From positions 1 through 64,000 of IMG/VR virus record IMGVR_UViG_3300028800_000009: 64,000 nt of DNA. One strand, written 5' to 3'. Origin of the DNA: a virus. This document shows positions 54,963 to 63,021 of the stretch, piece after piece; position 1 is the stretch's first letter, and every line of letters starts with the position of its first letter. Under the pieces are notes generated by a model. That model saw nothing but the letters and a program-made list of their open reading frames with translations. It did no database searches and had not been told where the DNA came from. Both the position numbers and the translations under genes were made by a program.

Positions 54963-55284
54963 CGGAAGCCTCCTTCAGCGGCGCCTCGGGCGCGGGTTTC
55001 TCTAATGCCCTCTCGACGTGAGCCTTCGCCTCATCGGAGGTCGCGTATTCCCCGACCGGGACGCGTTTGCCGCCGAGCATTAACGCCGCGATCCACGGCG
55101 CCTTAGCGCCGAGGCGGCGTGCGATACCGTAGCGTGGCCTCCAAACCGGATTCTTCTCTTGGCGGAAGACGTCCTGATAGACCTCGCCCACGATGAAATC
55201 GCCATCCATCGCGAGATAGGCGCCCTCGCCCTTGTGGACCGCGAGCAGCTCGTCGGAAAAGCGGTTCTTCCACGTGATAGCCAT
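54916..55284 (-). CDS. Hypothetical protein inserted in the head-neck module
   Basis: SD agagg; protein-like composition. Confidence 0.5.
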   Translation of the reverse strand: MAITWKNRFSDELLAVHKGEGAYLAMDGDFIVGEVYQDVFRQEKNPVWRPRYGIARRLGAKAPWIAALMLGGKRVPVGEYATSDEAKAHVERALEKPAPEAPLKEASVGTAQRRQPTRRRAR

Positions 55285-55289
55285 AGAGC

Positions 55290-55511
55290 TTACCTCTTAT
55301 AGTGTCTGCGGTTGCGGTTGACCTTCTTGCAGCAGCCCCTTTTGGAGATGGCGGATAGGCCCGCGTGGTATTCGGCAGCGCGGAGGATATCCCTAGCGAC
55401 GATCTCCGGCGCGAGCGGGCCGCCCCCGATCAGCGGCGTTACCGCCACGGTCGGGCAGCGCGTTACCCCGCGCTTAAGGATATGCTCGGCGATCTGCTCC
55501 TCGTCGGTCAT
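55290..55511 (-). CDS. Hypothetical protein (RGVTRCP motif)
   Basis: ATGA overlap with the adaptor gene. Confidence 0.5.
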   Translation of the reverse strand: MTDEEQIAEHILKRGVTRCPTVAVTPLIGGGPLAPEIVARDILRAAEYHAGLSAISKRGCCKKVNRNRRHYKR

Positions 55512-55972
55512 CGCCGACGGAAGAACGGCGAGAGCGAGCCGTCGAGGATCGGGCGCCGCGGCGGCGGAAAGTAGGTCGCGGTCCGGTAGCGGAGCGTCGA
55601 CGCGTAGTACTCCGCGCCATAGGGGCTCTGATTCCACCACGCCTCGGTCGGTGTCGCCGGGACCGAATATTCGAGCGTGGCGTTGACCGACCCTTCGGTC
55701 GCCGCCGAGACTCGGCCGACCGCGCCGCGCGGCTTCCCGTCTGGTCCGGGAGCAAACAGGAACGCCATGTGGGAGACGGCAAGGTTAAGGAGGATCGTCC
55801 GTTCGAACGTATCCTGAATTACGCTCGACGGCGTGTTATCGACCATCCCACCAATCGTCACCCGGTTGAAGAATGACTGGGCCTGGAGCGCGGAGACGGA
55901 GGCAAACTCGGGGTACTGGGAGACCCAGGCCGCGTAATCGAAGACGACAACCCCCCCACAAGGCTGGGTCAT
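55508..55972 (-). CDS. Head-tail adaptor (DUF4054-like)
   Basis: YPEF, VGRVSAATEGSV, WWNQSPYG. Confidence 0.85.
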   Translation of the reverse strand: MTQPCGGVVVFDYAAWVSQYPEFASVSALQAQSFFNRVTIGGMVDNTPSSVIQDTFERTILLNLAVSHMAFLFAPGPDGKPRGAVGRVSAATEGSVNATLEYSVPATPTEAWWNQSPYGAEYYASTLRYRTATYFPPPRRPILDGSLSPFFRRR

Positions 55973-56490
55973 TCGACTGCGGCGATCTCCGCCGCGCCGT
56001 CAACCTCGATTTCGGTAAACTTGATCGGGCTATCGTCGGCAGTCTTCAGCTCGAACTTCTTGTTCATCACGGGGAGTTTGTTCGGGTTCAGCCGTTCGAG
56101 CCCGGTCGTGACCCCGACGCGCTCGCGCGCGGCATCCCGGAGCTTCCCGACGGCCGAGTAAGCGATGATCATCCCTTCCCGGACGGCCGGGAGGTATTTC
56201 CCGGTCTGGTCCATCCACTTATCCCAGAGGTCCTTTGGAACGCCGTGAGTAACCGCGAACCCGCCGACGATGAGGCACCGCGGCCCCTCGTTCTGGGGAT
56301 GGGCCGGACCGTTTAGGACGAACGGCTCCCCGACGGGAAACGCCTGCCGGACCGTGCGGTGGCCGCCGAGCGTAACCTCCTCCATCTCCCGGAACTCATG
56401 GAGCTGGAGCGTGAAGCCCTGGGGAATCTTGCACCCAACCGCGACGGTATCCGTCCCGGTACGGGGCTTGGTCTGCGGAACTGCCGACAT
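55969..56490 (-). CDS. Conserved head-module protein
   Basis: VGCKIPQG, GFAVT.GV.KD.W..W, TGLERL.P. Confidence 0.75.
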   Translation of the reverse strand: MSAVPQTKPRTGTDTVAVGCKIPQGFTLQLHEFREMEEVTLGGHRTVRQAFPVGEPFVLNGPAHPQNEGPRCLIVGGFAVTHGVPKDLWDKWMDQTGKYLPAVREGMIIAYSAVGKLRDAARERVGVTTGLERLNPNKLPVMNKKFELKTADDSPIKFTEIEVDGAAEIAAVE

Positions 56491-56503
56491 AGAGTACTCC
56501 TTT

Positions 56504-57583
56504 TTAGATGCCGATCATCGTTGCCATGGCGAAGAGCTGGCGGCCGATAAAGCCATACGAGCCCGAGGTCATCTTCTGTTTGAAGGACGACATATCGGGG
56601 ACGACGCGGTGGGTCCGGAGCTTCTCTGTATAGGCGAGCCACCCGGTTTCCTGGTTGTCGACCTCCGGCGCAATCAGCTGGCACATCTCGCCGGCAGCGA
56701 CGCCCTGGGGGTTCTGAGCCGTGATCGCGCCGTACTGGATCGCGTTGACGATCTCTAGGTTCGGGTAGTTGTCCTTAAGGAGGAGCTTCACGTTGACATT
56801 GAACGAGTTCGTCGCGGTGAGCGCGCCCTCGCGGGACGGCGAGAGGGCGAGCTTAAACTTGCTCTTCGTATCGATGTTGCCGACCGACTGCGAAATGAGC
56901 GTGTTCACCAGGGTCTGGATGTCCTGGAAAATCTCGTTCGCCGTCGCGTTCGGCGCATTGCCGACGAGCCAGGTGAGGCCGCCGTTCGATTTCGGCGCCG
57001 GCGCAATCGCCGGATTGAGGTTCGGATCGGTCTGGATGCCGTAGAGCTGGAGTCCAAGGAGGCCTTTGAAGGCGAGCAGGTTCTCGAACTTCCCGAGGAC
57101 GTCCGCCGCAGCTCCCTGTATCTCGGTCGCCCAGGAGATCTTCGCGAGGCCGGCGCGGTCCAGCTCCAGCTCACCCCACTGGCATACGGTCTGGAAGAGA
57201 TACGGCTGGCGCGTCTCGAAGTTCGCGTTCGCCGTCGTCGTGCCAGTATTCTGGAAGTCGCCGTACGAGGAGACGGCGCCCCCGCGCTCAACGACCGGGA
57301 AGATCGCCGACTCAGTAGTCCAGTTGCCCTTCTTGACCTCGTCGAAGATCAGCTTGGCGTTGTTGTTCGCCTGGCGGATGCGGAGGATCGCCGGGTCGAT
57401 AATCGTCGTGAGGAATGCCGGGATACCCGAGCTTGGCGTCGTCACCAATTGGGGCTGGGCGTCCATCGCGAGGTCGAAGTTCTCGGCCCACTCGGGCTCG
57501 AGGAACGCCTTGACCCCGGGGAAGTGGTAGCCGTCCCGCTCGAAGGAGCGGAGGAGGCGTTGTGCGTCGTATTCCATTTTCAT
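56504..57583 (-). CDS. Major capsid protein (start moved to 57583)
   Basis: SD aaggag; LAMDAQP.L.T, KKG.W, SYGDF, YGI.TDPNL, EKLRTH. Confidence 0.88.
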   Translation of the reverse strand: MKMEYDAQRLLRSFERDGYHFPGVKAFLEPEWAENFDLAMDAQPQLVTTPSSGIPAFLTTIIDPAILRIRQANNNAKLIFDEVKKGNWTTESAIFPVVERGGAVSSYGDFQNTGTTTANANFETRQPYLFQTVCQWGELELDRAGLAKISWATEIQGAAADVLGKFENLLAFKGLLGLQLYGIQTDPNLNPAIAPAPKSNGGLTWLVGNAPNATANEIFQDIQTLVNTLISQSVGNIDTKSKFKLALSPSREGALTATNSFNVNVKLLLKDNYPNLEIVNAIQYGAITAQNPQGVAAGEMCQLIAPEVDNQETGWLAYTEKLRTHRVVPDMSSFKQKMTSGSYGFIGRQLFAMATMIGI

Positions 57584-57608
57584 TTGCTCCTTAAGGGGAA
57601 GGTTAGGC

Positions 57609-58781
57609 TCAGCCGAGCGGGGTCGAGCTAATAGCGACCAGCTCGCCCGGGGCCGCGTTGTTCCCGGCCGGGGCAACGACCCACTTCGTCTCGACGCCGG
57701 CGAGGATCGAGCCCGAGGTATCGCCCGCGCCGGTCGCGTTACTGATGACGTACGTCCCGGTCTTGCCGATGCCGGTCGTCCCGCCCGTGCCGAACGGGAG
57801 GATAAACGGCGCGCCGGTCGAGGAGGTCGTCGAAACCGTCTCGCTAGGCGCGAGCGTACCGGACGTGAGCGTCGTGACCGTGAGCAGGCCGCCCGAGCCG
57901 GTCGCGGTCGCGGTCGACGCGAGGGTCTGGGCGATCGAGAGCGGGTAGGTACCGGCACCCCCGGTACCCGTGCCGCCGGCAAGGATCGTCGTCCCCGCGG
58001 TAAAGGCGTTCGAGCCACCCGAGAGGGTCTGGCCCGGGTAGAGGACGCCCGAAGTCATGCTGGTCACCGTCAGCCAGCCGCCCGAGCCGGTGATGGCCGT
58101 GCCGGTCGGTACGGACTGGGAGATCGAGACGGTGTAGGTCCCGGTCGAACCGGCCGTACCGGTAAGCTGAGAGACGATCGTCGTATTCGGATCGATCCCG
58201 GTCCCGGAGAGCGTCTGGCCCGGGTAGAGGCCACCGGTCGTGATCGTCGCGACGGTAAGGACCGTACCCGCAATACCGCCGACGAAGGTATTCGCCGCAG
58301 CCGAACTGACGTTGAGCGTGTTCGCCGCGATCGTAAGTACGGAGATCGAGGCGGCGGTCGGGGGCGAGCCCGAGGCGGCGAAGGACGCGAGTCCGGTCGT
58401 AAAGTTCGCGTAGACTTTCTGGCCGGCGAGCGCAGTCGTCGAGCCGTTGTTCCGGACGTAGTAGTCCCCGGCGGAGAAGCACGACACGAACGAGCCCGCG
58501 AGGATCGTCATCGAGGCGTCCGGGTAGCCGGGGCCGGGCGTAACGATGTCGGCGCGGAGGCCCTCGCGCTGAACGAACCCGGTGACCGGACCCGACCCGA
58601 AGCTGTTCAGCAGGGTAAAGGTCGGGTCGGCCCACGCGAAGGCGCCGACGGTAAGGCCGGCCGCGCCCGCGAGGAAGGCGCCGACGCCGGCGACGACGGA
58701 ATAGGCGTTTTCGTTCGCGGACGCGCGGTCGCCTTCGACCGCAATCGCCGGTTGAACATTCACAAGCTTTGGAAAGCCCAT
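57609..58781 (-). CDS. Head decoration/cement protein with inserted repeated beta domains
   Basis: VEGD.AS.N, GFVQRE, GDYYV, GQKVYA, ETKW; lies upstream of the capsid gene. Confidence 0.75.
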   Translation of the reverse strand: MGFPKLVNVQPAIAVEGDRASANENAYSVVAGVGAFLAGAAGLTVGAFAWADPTFTLLNSFGSGPVTGFVQREGLRADIVTPGPGYPDASMTILAGSFVSCFSAGDYYVRNNGSTTALAGQKVYANFTTGLASFAASGSPPTAASISVLTIAANTLNVSSAAANTFVGGIAGTVLTVATITTGGLYPGQTLSGTGIDPNTTIVSQLTGTAGSTGTYTVSISQSVPTGTAITGSGGWLTVTSMTSGVLYPGQTLSGGSNAFTAGTTILAGGTGTGGAGTYPLSIAQTLASTATATGSGGLLTVTTLTSGTLAPSETVSTTSSTGAPFILPFGTGGTTGIGKTGTYVISNATGAGDTSGSILAGVETKWVVAPAGNNAAPGELVAISSTPLG

Positions 58782-58813
58782 ATGAGTATCTCCTTCGGAG
58801 TTTTAGGGCGGGA

Positions 58814-60607
58814 TCACGCGCCGAGGTTGCGGACGCGGCTCGGCGTAATGCCGAAGTCTTTCTCGAACTGCTGGCGCTCGGTAACGAGAGCCGCGTCGTT
58901 CGCGTGGCGCGGGAAGAGCGTCTTCGCCGCCTCCTTGGCCTTGACGAGGATCGCCACCATCGCCGGGAAGGCACTCGAGTCGACGCCATCGATCGCGATG
59001 TCATTGGCCTTGAGCGCGGCGGCGTAGATCGCGGAGGCGGAATCCATCGCGACGCCGACTTCGCCGATGAGCGGGAAGACTGCCTTCTCGGCCGCCCGGA
59101 TGTCGGCGAGGGTCTTCAGCGTTTCGTCGCGCGTCTCCTTCCGGACTTTCGCGATTGCGGCGTCCATCGCCTTCTCGGTAACACCGGCAGGCTCGCCGGG
59201 CTTCGGCGATTCCTTATCCTTCGCTGCTTTATCCAAAGCTTCTTTCTCCTTGCGCGCTTTCTCCGCGGGGGATTCGTCTTCGACGGCGTCTTCGGGCATC
59301 ATGTCCATGACCTCCTTACAGGAAGCCTCGTCCATACCCTTCGCCTTAAGGTACTCCATAACCTTCGCCTTCGCGCCGGCCGGAGCCACCGCGGCGCTCG
59401 GGTCTGTGACGGTCCCGGGCTGAGCCTCGTCCATCTCGGCGGGCTCGGCCTCGGTCTGCTCGCCCACGAGGTCGAGGATACGCATCATCACGTCGTCCGG
59501 GCCGACGCCGCCGGAAGCCTTCGCCTCCGGGGTCATCATCGGCTCGGCGGCGTCGCGCGCGAGTTTGACGATAGCGGCGCGCTTCTCCTTCAAGTTCTTC
59601 CGCGTCACGTCCTTCAGACCCGGCGCGAGGGCCTTCGCGAACTTCGGCATCGCGTCCGCCGCCAACTTCGGGAGCACGTAAGCGCACAGCGCTCCCTGGG
59701 TCCGCGCGGCCGTCCGCGAGAGGACTGCTACTTTCATATCTTGCTCCTGTTTGATGGCTTCGTCGCCGACGAGGACGTCAGGCCCGGCGCGGCCCTTCTC
59801 TACCAATGCAACGTGGTTGCCCACTATGTCGCGCATGACGCCGTCGTACGGCGTCCCTTCGTAGTAGCCCGGGGACATGTCCGGGCGGTAGTGATACGAA
59901 CAGGACAACTCACGCTTCGATTCGTCCTCGACGCCGTCAATCGCGTACTGGGGCCAAATAGATATGGCGTTGTCAAGGTACGGGTGGTTGTAGACGGCGC
60001 TCGTCCCGGCCGAGCCTACGACGTCGTTCAGCTTCGGGTCGTCGGCGGACGTCGAGACGTGGGTCTTCATCAACGGGACGCCGTTAAAGGTCGGCGCAGC
60101 TTTCTCCAGCTCCTTCGGGTCGCGGAGGAGCTGGTAAACGCGCTCGGGATCGAGCCCGAGCTTCTGCCATCCCGGTATCTCGTGACCGATATAGGGACAA
60201 ACCCCAGCCTTGGAGATATGGGTCGATTCGAGGTGGAGCCGCCCGTCCTTGTCGTAGACCCGCGCCGACGACTTATCGTAGGCAAGGTCGACGGGAAGAG
60301 GACCAAGCGCAAGCGCCCGAGCGCGCTCGGCCATATCGCGGGAAACAAAGGGTCCGATCGCACGATCGGCGGCGAGGCGGACGTGCCAGCCGTCTTCGGC
60401 GTGCTCCGGCTCGTCGGCCTCCTCGGAGAAGAATTTCACGAGGCCCGAGACGAGGCCGTCCCAGTCCTCGGGTTTCATATCCTTCGCGGCCTTCCCCGCC
60501 TCCCGGTAGGCGATTGCGGCGGCCTGAGAGCGCTTATGCCCGGCCTTGATCAGCTCGCCGATATTCGCGCTGATAACTTCCTGGGAATGGCCGGACCTAA
60601 TGGGCAT
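58814..60607 (-). CDS. Prohead protease (DUF2213-like) fused to scaffold
   Basis: HISKAGVCPYIG.EIP, ELSCSY, GNHVALVEKGRAG; acidic helical C-terminus. Confidence 0.88.
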   Translation of the reverse strand: MPIRSGHSQEVISANIGELIKAGHKRSQAAAIAYREAGKAAKDMKPEDWDGLVSGLVKFFSEEADEPEHAEDGWHVRLAADRAIGPFVSRDMAERARALALGPLPVDLAYDKSSARVYDKDGRLHLESTHISKAGVCPYIGHEIPGWQKLGLDPERVYQLLRDPKELEKAAPTFNGVPLMKTHVSTSADDPKLNDVVGSAGTSAVYNHPYLDNAISIWPQYAIDGVEDESKRELSCSYHYRPDMSPGYYEGTPYDGVMRDIVGNHVALVEKGRAGPDVLVGDEAIKQEQDMKVAVLSRTAARTQGALCAYVLPKLAADAMPKFAKALAPGLKDVTRKNLKEKRAAIVKLARDAAEPMMTPEAKASGGVGPDDVMMRILDLVGEQTEAEPAEMDEAQPGTVTDPSAAVAPAGAKAKVMEYLKAKGMDEASCKEVMDMMPEDAVEDESPAEKARKEKEALDKAAKDKESPKPGEPAGVTEKAMDAAIAKVRKETRDETLKTLADIRAAEKAVFPLIGEVGVAMDSASAIYAAALKANDIAIDGVDSSAFPAMVAILVKAKEAAKTLFPRHANDAALVTERQQFEKDFGITPSRVRNLGA

Positions 60608-60816
60608 CAGAGCGGCTTCACGACGGAGACGGGCGGCGCGACGTAGCGGCCGTACTGATCCTGCGCGACCTGGAACGACACGACGAGGCCGTCGGCCTTC
60701 GCCTCGTTCATGATCGCTGCCAGATCAAGAAGGAGCGGCCCCAAACGCCTACGGTAGGACTCGGCGCGCGAGGCGTCGGTCCTCAAATCCTCGGGATCGA
60801 GTTCGGTCAGAGCCAT
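60607..60816 (-). CDS. Hypothetical protein
   Basis: TGATG coupling on both sides. Confidence 0.5.
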   Translation of the reverse strand: MALTELDPEDLRTDASRAESYRRRLGPLLLDLAAIMNEAKADGLVVSFQVAQDQYGRYVAPPVSVVKPL

Positions 60817-61034
60817 CAGCAATGGTGCTCGCAAGGCATCCGGTAGAACAATTGGGCCGAACGGCTTGCGATCCGGAGGAGTTCGGGCGAGCGCATCCCC
60901 AGCTCGTGCCATCCGTAGACGTAGTCCGCGGACGCGCCCCTCAGCATCATCGGCACGGTTAGCGGATCGAGACCCACCGATCGCGGGACGAGGCGGAAGA
61001 GCGAGCCGTCCGGGAACGCGAGGCCAAGGCTCAC
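60816..61034 (-). CDS. Hypothetical protein
   Basis: GTGA overlap. Confidence 0.45.
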   Translation of the reverse strand: MSLGLAFPDGSLFRLVPRSVGLDPLTVPMMLRGASADYVYGWHELGMRSPELLRIASRSAQLFYRMPCEHHC

Positions 61035-61312
61035 GGAGCCGGGGGTGCTACCGCCGCAAGCGCGGCCTGGGCCTCGGTAACGACGGCCGCGGTCGACGCT
61101 TCGACGTCGGTCGAGAGCTTCGCAAGCGCGGCGAGCTGATCAGGCGTCGCACCGGCCGCGGTAGCCGCCGCGACCGCCGCTGCGATTTGGGCCGGGATAC
61201 CCTGGACCGCCGCGACGAGCGGTCCGACCGCCGCCGCAAGGTTCGTTACCGAAGCGGCAAGCGCCACGTCGTCGGCCGAAAGTTTTGCGATCGCGTCGTC
61301 GATTTGGGTCAT
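61031..61312 (-). CDS. Ala-rich helical hypothetical protein
   Basis: SD gaggag before MTQIDDAIAKL. Confidence 0.6.
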   Translation of the reverse strand: MTQIDDAIAKLSADDVALAASVTNLAAAVGPLVAAVQGIPAQIAAAVAAATAAGATPDQLAALAKLSTDVEASTAAVVTEAQAALAAVAPPAP

Positions 61313-61407
61313 AATTCTCTCCTCGGTTTGAAAGATAAGTTGCGCTAGAATTAAACTATCGCGGTTCGCGAATGCGCCCCATAGCAGTTTGCTATCCTCG
61401 CGCGTGA

Positions 61408-61602
61408 TCAAGCGATGCTCCTCGCGATCCTGACCGGGAGCGGTGGAAGCTCGAACTTCCAGCCCAGGCAGTCGTACTTGCCGCAATTGCAGGGGACGGC
61501 GTCATATTCAAGCTTGCCCATCTTGAAGCCAGTCGCGGTCTTGAACTTGAACGATAGGCCGCTCTTCGTCAGGAATTGCTCGACGAACTCGTCGCGGGTC
61601 AT
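61408..61602 (-). CDS. Small hypothetical protein
   Basis: MTRDEF...PCNC...CLGW recurrent phage motif. Confidence 0.55.
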   Translation of the reverse strand: MTRDEFVEQFLTKSGLSFKFKTATGFKMGKLEYDAVPCNCGKYDCLGWKFELPPLPVRIARSIA

Positions 61603-61838
61603 GCCGCGGTAAGTTCCATCGATGGAGTCGCCGTAAGCCTATATCCGAAACCCCACCGTACATCGATGGTATACCCCTTCGAACGGATTCGGCTAATATA
61701 TACTCGCAGCGTATGCTCCGGACTATCCACGTTGCGGTTATCCCAAATCGCACAAAGTTCGCTCGTCGTATGAAACTTCGGCGAGGACGCGAGTACCGCG
61801 ACGATTTTCGCTTCCATCTGGGTCAGGTGCATGTGCAT
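61599..61838 (-). CDS. Stand-alone OmpR/PhoB-type winged-helix DNA-binding domain
   Basis: LT..E..I, TLRVYISRIRSK, I..RWGFGYRL. Confidence 0.75.
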   Translation of the reverse strand: MHMHLTQMEAKIVAVLASSPKFHTTSELCAIWDNRNVDSPEHTLRVYISRIRSKGYTIDVRWGFGYRLTATPSMELTAA

Positions 61839-61842
61839 GGCT

Positions 61843-62631
61843 CTAGAATCCCGGTATAACGGAGCGTGAAACGCAGCGGCAGTTGATCAACTCGCCGGGG
61901 AAGATATACTCGCCCTCGTCTGGATCGTACCAACCCTTCTTAACGTCGTAGCGGACCTTGTTACGCCCCGCCTTAAGGTGACTCGGCCGCGGGTGCTTTC
62001 CGCCGCCTGAATGAACCCATACCGCTTCGATTACACCTAACTCAGTTTGTCGCACGCGCGTCAGCGTAGCCGTCGCCTTGTTGTTCTGGTCCCGCGCGAT
62101 AAGCGCCGCGCGCCGCTTCGCGACGCCGAGCTGCTCCCGAAGATCGTCGGAGAGCTGCTTAAGGTCCCGGCCCGTCGTGACCGAGCGGAGGACCATCCCC
62201 TCGACCTGGGTCAGGTACGCGGCCGGGATCGAGCGGATCAACCCGACCTGCTCGCCGATCGTCGCCGAAAGAACATCGTTCATCGTCCGCGTCATCTTAA
62301 AGCGGACCGAGAAGCCGGCCTTCTTCAGGATCGCGCGGAGCGTGCGGTCGGAGCGGTCGACGACGTCCTTCGCGAAGTGATCGGCCAGATCGAGCGCCGC
62401 GTCGTCGAAACGGGACTGCCACCGGTCGGCGAGTTCCTTCATCGCCTTACGCAGGCCGGCGGCCGGGCTCTCGTCCGCGGCCATCTCCGGAGGGTTCGCG
62501 TTCCACTGGGCCGTTACCCAGTAACAGAACGAGCGGTGCATTTCCTCGACCAACGCCACGAGCCGACGCCGGAACTCGGCTTCAAGGCCGAGGTTCGGGC
62601 GGACAGGCGCGAGGAGCTTGTTGCGGGTCAT
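61843..62631 (-). CDS. MuF / SPP1 gp7-like head morphogenesis protein
   Basis: RAALIARDQNNKA, W.HSGG.K.PR.SH, PGELINCRC. Confidence 0.88.
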   Translation of the reverse strand: MTRNKLLAPVRPNLGLEAEFRRRLVALVEEMHRSFCYWVTAQWNANPPEMAADESPAAGLRKAMKELADRWQSRFDDAALDLADHFAKDVVDRSDRTLRAILKKAGFSVRFKMTRTMNDVLSATIGEQVGLIRSIPAAYLTQVEGMVLRSVTTGRDLKQLSDDLREQLGVAKRRAALIARDQNNKATATLTRVRQTELGVIEAVWVHSGGGKHPRPSHLKAGRNKVRYDVKKGWYDPDEGEYIFPGELINCRCVSRSVIPGF

Positions 62632-62646
62632 CCTAGCTTTACTTCC

Positions 62647-63021
62647 TTATCCGCCTTCCGATTTAGACTTACTACGCTTATTGGCTTCGGAAATTGCCCT
62701 TGATAAACCAAGATTAGGTCCAGGCCCTTCTCCGATACTAGCAACTCGCGTTGCCACAGTCGGACCATTTTTATAGACCTCATAGAACCCTTTAGGATGT
62801 TTCATGACGTAATGAGTCTTATCTGGTGACTCGTGTAAGATTCTATGCTCTTGAGATTTATTATTTCTACCAGCTTTATGCGACGTCGAACCTCCTCCGC
62901 TTGTGAACTGCCCATTACTAGGATCGTGCTTCGTCTCGGCGTCCATCGCAAGGCGGCGTTGGCGCTGTTCGTCGGAAAGAAAACCTGCCATCGCGGTCTG
63001 GGTCGAGGTATATTCAGTCAT
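62647..63021 (-). CDS. Small protein with LAMDA and HDPSNGQF motifs and an AT-rich variable C-terminus
   Basis: Coupled to the portal; composition shifts to AT-rich over roughly 62650-62920. Confidence 0.65.
   Translation of the reverse strand: MTEYTSTQTAMAGFLSDEQRQRRLAMDAETKHDPSNGQFTSGGGSTSHKAGRNNKSQEHRILHESPDKTHYVMKHPKGFYEVYKNGPTVATRVASIGEGPGPNLGLSRAISEANKRSKSKSEGG

Noticed and set aside
57584-58018. N-terminal extensions in the ORF track for capsid (58018), helicase (5688), lipase (30611) and 38244-39623
   Set aside because: They overlap upstream genes; better starts with an SD or translational coupling exist at 57583, 6054, 30368 and 39176
58769-60646. Long opposite-strand ORFs (also 1354-2334, 13565-14494, 33476-34435) and alternative-frame ORFs such as 57844-59004
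   Set aside because: Shadows of well-supported genes in GC-rich, stop-poor DNA; Arg/Pro-rich with no motifs
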